The notes below the pieces were generated by a model, which ran no database searches, was not told the origin of the DNA, and saw only the letters and a program-made list of their open reading frames with translations. The position numbers and the translations under genes were made by a program. A stretch of 41,840 nt of DNA from positions 1 through 41,840 of the forward strand of contig CBFGIV010000017.1 in assembly GCA_965648915.1 (NCBI GenBank). The letters are read 5' to 3'. Shown piece by piece: positions 39,025-41,840 of this stretch (positions are counted from its first letter, which is position 1; every line of letters begins with the position of its first letter). The stretch comes from a candidate division WOR-3 bacterium. Lineage in GTDB: Bacteria; Hydrothermota; Tepidihabitantia; SM23-42; CAYGYG01.

Positions 39025-40389
39025 TTATTCACCTTTTATCCTCATGGTTATCCGCTTAATCATTTCATCAATTGTTGAATCGGTCTTTCTGATCTCTTCT
39101 ATTTTTTTGATTGCGTGGATAACGGTGGTGTGGTCCTTACCGCCAAAAAATTGGCCGATCTCAACCAGTGAGAGTTTCAGTATATCCTTAATCAGATACA
39201 TCGAGATTTGACGGGCCAGGGCATAACTCTTGGTTCTCTTCCTACCTTTTATCTCATCTAAAGGCAGGGAAAACTCTTCGGATACTTTCTTTAATATCGT
39301 CTCTTTGGTTATATGCTGTTCCCGACCAAAGAGGTCCTTTAATACCTCTTCGGCGAGTTGCTCGTTTATTTCTGAGCCAGAGAGGGATGATAAAGCAAAG
39401 AGACGGATAAGCATACCTTCAAGTTCCCTGATATTAGACTTAACCCGTGAGGCGATATAGTAGGCGACACCCTGGGGGATCTTCATCCCCTCAAGATGTG
39501 CTTTTTTATGAAGAATTGCAATTCTGGTTTCAAGGTCGGGTGGTTGAATATCAACAACCAGGCCACCTTGGAAACGGGAACGGAGCCTCTCTTCGAGGGT
39601 CGGGATCTCTTTTGGTGGTCGATCCGAAGAGATGACGATCTGTTTATTACCCTCATAAAGATAATTGAAGGTATGAAAGATCTCCTCCTGAAGTCTTTCC
39701 TTGCCGTGCAGGAATTGAATATCGTCGATCAACAGAACATCCTTTTCTCGATATTTTTTCTTAAATTCGGTCTGCCGGGCATGCTGAATCGCATCAATCA
39801 ATTCATTCAAGATATTTTCGGCCGGAGTATAGTAAACCCTGGAGTTTGAATGATTTTTCTGGATAAAATTTCCAATTGCATGCATTAAATGGGTCTTACC
39901 CAGTCCAACCCCTCCATAGATAAAGAGGGGATTATAGGCCTCAACCGGTGCCTCGGCTACGGCGAGGGAAGCGGCATGGGCAAACTGATTACATTTTCCA
40001 ACGACAAAAGTATCAAAGGTATAACGGGGACTGAATTTGGTGCCGTTGGCGGAAAAGACAATCCGGTCGGTTCTTTTACGACCACTATATTTATTTAAAG
40101 TCCCTCTGGGTCTTTCATTCTGAAGCCCGGCTGATGTAAAAGCAATTCGAATGTTGGTCGGAGTTGATTGCTTGACCGCCTCAGCCACAATTGTGGAGTA
40201 GTGGTGTTCGATCCAGTCGATGAAGAAGTTATTGGGCAGTTCTACTAATAGATAGTCATCCTTGAGTTCAATGCCCCGGCTCTTAGAAAACCAGGATGTA
40301 AAACTCTCTTCAGGAATATTGCCCTTAATATGACTTAAAATATTTTCCCAGAGTAGTTTTGGTGATTCATCTATTTTAGTTGTTTCCAC
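39025..40389 (-). CDS. dnaA: Chromosomal replication initiator DnaA
   Basis: YNPLFIYGGVGLGKTHL, LLIDDIQF, RELEG and GGKDHTTVIHA motifs; GTG start. Confidence 0.99.
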   Translation of the reverse strand: METTKIDESPKLLWENILSHIKGNIPEESFTSWFSKSRGIELKDDYLLVELPNNFFIDWIEHHYSTIVAEAVKQSTPTNIRIAFTSAGLQNERPRGTLNKYSGRKRTDRIVFSANGTKFSPRYTFDTFVVGKCNQFAHAASLAVAEAPVEAYNPLFIYGGVGLGKTHLMHAIGNFIQKNHSNSRVYYTPAENILNELIDAIQHARQTEFKKKYREKDVLLIDDIQFLHGKERLQEEIFHTFNYLYEGNKQIVISSDRPPKEIPTLEERLRSRFQGGLVVDIQPPDLETRIAILHKKAHLEGMKIPQGVAYYIASRVKSNIRELEGMLIRLFALSSLSGSEINEQLAEEVLKDLFGREQHITKETILKKVSEEFSLPLDEIKGRKRTKSYALARQISMYLIKDILKLSLVEIGQFFGGKDHTTVIHAIKKIEEIRKTDSTIDEMIKRITMRIKGE

Positions 40390-40536
40390 TTTTCAACACC
40401 TTTCCACAAAATTATTCACACCAAACCTGTCTATAACTTCTGATGAAACATAAGATATAAACAAACAGTGAACTTATCCACATAACCGTCTTTTCCCGTC
40501 CGAAATTCATCTTATCCATAATAATAATGTTGTCAA
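40390..40536. promoter_or_regulatory. DnaA-box cluster and dnaA promoter
   Basis: Perfect TTATCCACA 40474-40482, plus TTATTCACA 40412-40420, CTTTCCACA 40400-40408 and TTATCCATA 40512-40520; minus-strand TTGACA-16-TAAGAT at 40536-40509. Confidence 0.8.
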
Positions 40537-41193
40537 GAAAAATAAAAAAAATTGCAAAAATATTCAGGCATAAATTTTGCGCACTTTCGATTTTTTTATG
40601 CTTTTTAAAAAAATTTCAGAAAAAAATTGATCGGGGGAAAATATCTGTAATTAATCCCACAGTGAATGCAAAATTGATCGCCGAAAAAACTTGATAAAAT
40701 TAAAAGATTTTTAATTGAGAAATATATACCGATATATTACAGGCTCACAGGAAATAGAATCCACCCGGCCCGCTCTCAACTCACCCACGCTCGCACAAGA
40801 CTCGAGGTGCGCAATTATTATTTATTCATCTTCAGGCCCTGAGAGTAATGAAAGATTTGCTGAAAACCCTTTCTTTATTGGGGAATTCTTGAGGCAATCT
40901 ATAAGTCAGATGCGAGGGTAAAAGATAAAAATTTTGTAACTCTATCTTTTGAGATTTGGATAACTTATTTCCAATGTCACAAACTGTTAACTGATTTTTC
41001 TTTACTCCATCGATATTTCAGATAAAATTGGCCAGCCCTATTTGCATTGCGTCATGGATCGGGCAGAGAGATTCGCTGGCTTGCTTACAATTTTTTAATA
41101 TCTTCCTTCAGGCATTTTGATCTGCCTGGGGTAGATTGGATGTCTTCTTTGCCTGGGCACTTTGCTTATAGAATCTTCAGTCGAGGAGGGTTT

Positions 41194-41554
41194 ATGCCGG
41201 ACGCAGTGCTGGGTTTATTGTCGAGGGAAATTCGATCACGGGGGGGTATGGAGGCTAACTGCGGCTGAAGCGGCGGATCGCTTAAATATCTGCCGGGAAT
41301 ACTTCGGTCGCAGGTTTATAAAAGAGAACGGGATAACATTTCGTGCCTACTGCAATAAGCAGAGGTTAAAGCAGGTTCTTAACCGTCTTAAAGGTTTCAA
41401 CTCCCGCCCGCTCAAACAATTCAATTACGAGAAGTTCGATTTCAAATCCTATTCCCACTTCTCAGTCTGGTTCAAGCGGCATACCGGTTTATCAGTCAGT
41501 GCCTATCTGCGCAGATGGCGGAGAGAAAAAACAAGGAGGTGGGCAATGAGATAA
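41194..41554 (+). pseudogene. Stand-alone AraC-type HTH protein frameshifted at a G7 tract (41240-41246)
   Basis: SD GAGGAGG and ATG 41194 open a frame that stops at 41268. The AraC double HTH (LTAAEAADRLNIC..YFGRRF..ENGITF; FKSYSHFSVWFKRHTGLSVSAY) lies in another frame; G6 would join them. Confidence 0.65.
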
Positions 41555-41640
41555 TAATGAAGATCAGGGAAATAATACGGGTAAGAGGTTTTTAACCTCA
41601 AATCAAATCTGTAATCTTTTTAATCAACAAGGAGGAGAAG

Positions 41641-41840
41641 ATGAAGAAGGGAACTTTAATGACGATACTGCTCTTACTTTTGAGCAGTCCGATGTTTGCC
41701 CAGATTCGGCGCTGGGTATATAACTATAATTGTGCGGGCTGGAGTGACCGGGCGAATGCGATCGTCTATGGTCCTGATGGCAATACATATATTGCGGGCT
41801 CTCGAACAAGATCTACTAATCCTCCCAAGAAAGAGTTTAC
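41641..41840 (+). CDS. 5' part of a secreted beta-propeller (SBBP-like) protein running off the right edge
   Basis: SD AAGGAGG; MKKGTLMTILLLLLSSPMFA signal peptide, then DRANAIVYGPDGNTYIAG. Confidence 0.75.
   Translation, partial: MKKGTLMTILLLLLSSPMFAQIRRWVYNYNCAGWSDRANAIVYGPDGNTYIAGSRTRSTNPPKKEF

Noticed and set aside
40715..40921. 68-aa ORF upstream of dnaA as rpmH or a real gene
   Set aside because: No L34 motif, TTG start without SD, and no recognisable features.

Overview
Bacterial chromosomal region around the replication origin. It uses the standard genetic code, since several genes end in TGA. Gene content suggests an uncultured diderm lineage such as candidate phylum WOR-3 (inference from many secreted proteins with T9SS/FlgD-like C-terminal domains; not checked by search). 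From left to right: a secreted Asp-box beta-propeller gene, grpE-dnaK-dnaJ-rsmE-DUF1028, two glgC paralogs, a radical SAM pair, cdaR-like/tsaD, dnaE, a perfect parS site, trxA-tlpA-osmC, a stand-alone 16S rRNA gene with tandem promoters, boxA and a processing stem, a PHP phosphatase-HEPN-wza-wzc module, beta-CASP/DUF58/BatA, cmk-plsC-ispH, dnaN-dnaA flanked by DnaA boxes, and a frameshifted AraC-type gene. Best candidate for new biology: ORFs 484-1716 and 1852-2733 are one continuous frame interrupted only by an in-frame UGA (context EGMG-UGA-GTAQAYKSTDGG). A hairpin fitting the bacterial SECIS model follows the UGA, suggesting a secreted selenoprotein or readthrough product with a sorting domain. 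Also notable: several apparently leaderless genes, a 16-bp promoter spacer preference, the unlinked 16S abutting a decapitated gene, a probably inactive HEPN protein inside the wza-wzc operon, and a G7 tract that breaks the AraC-type regulator.
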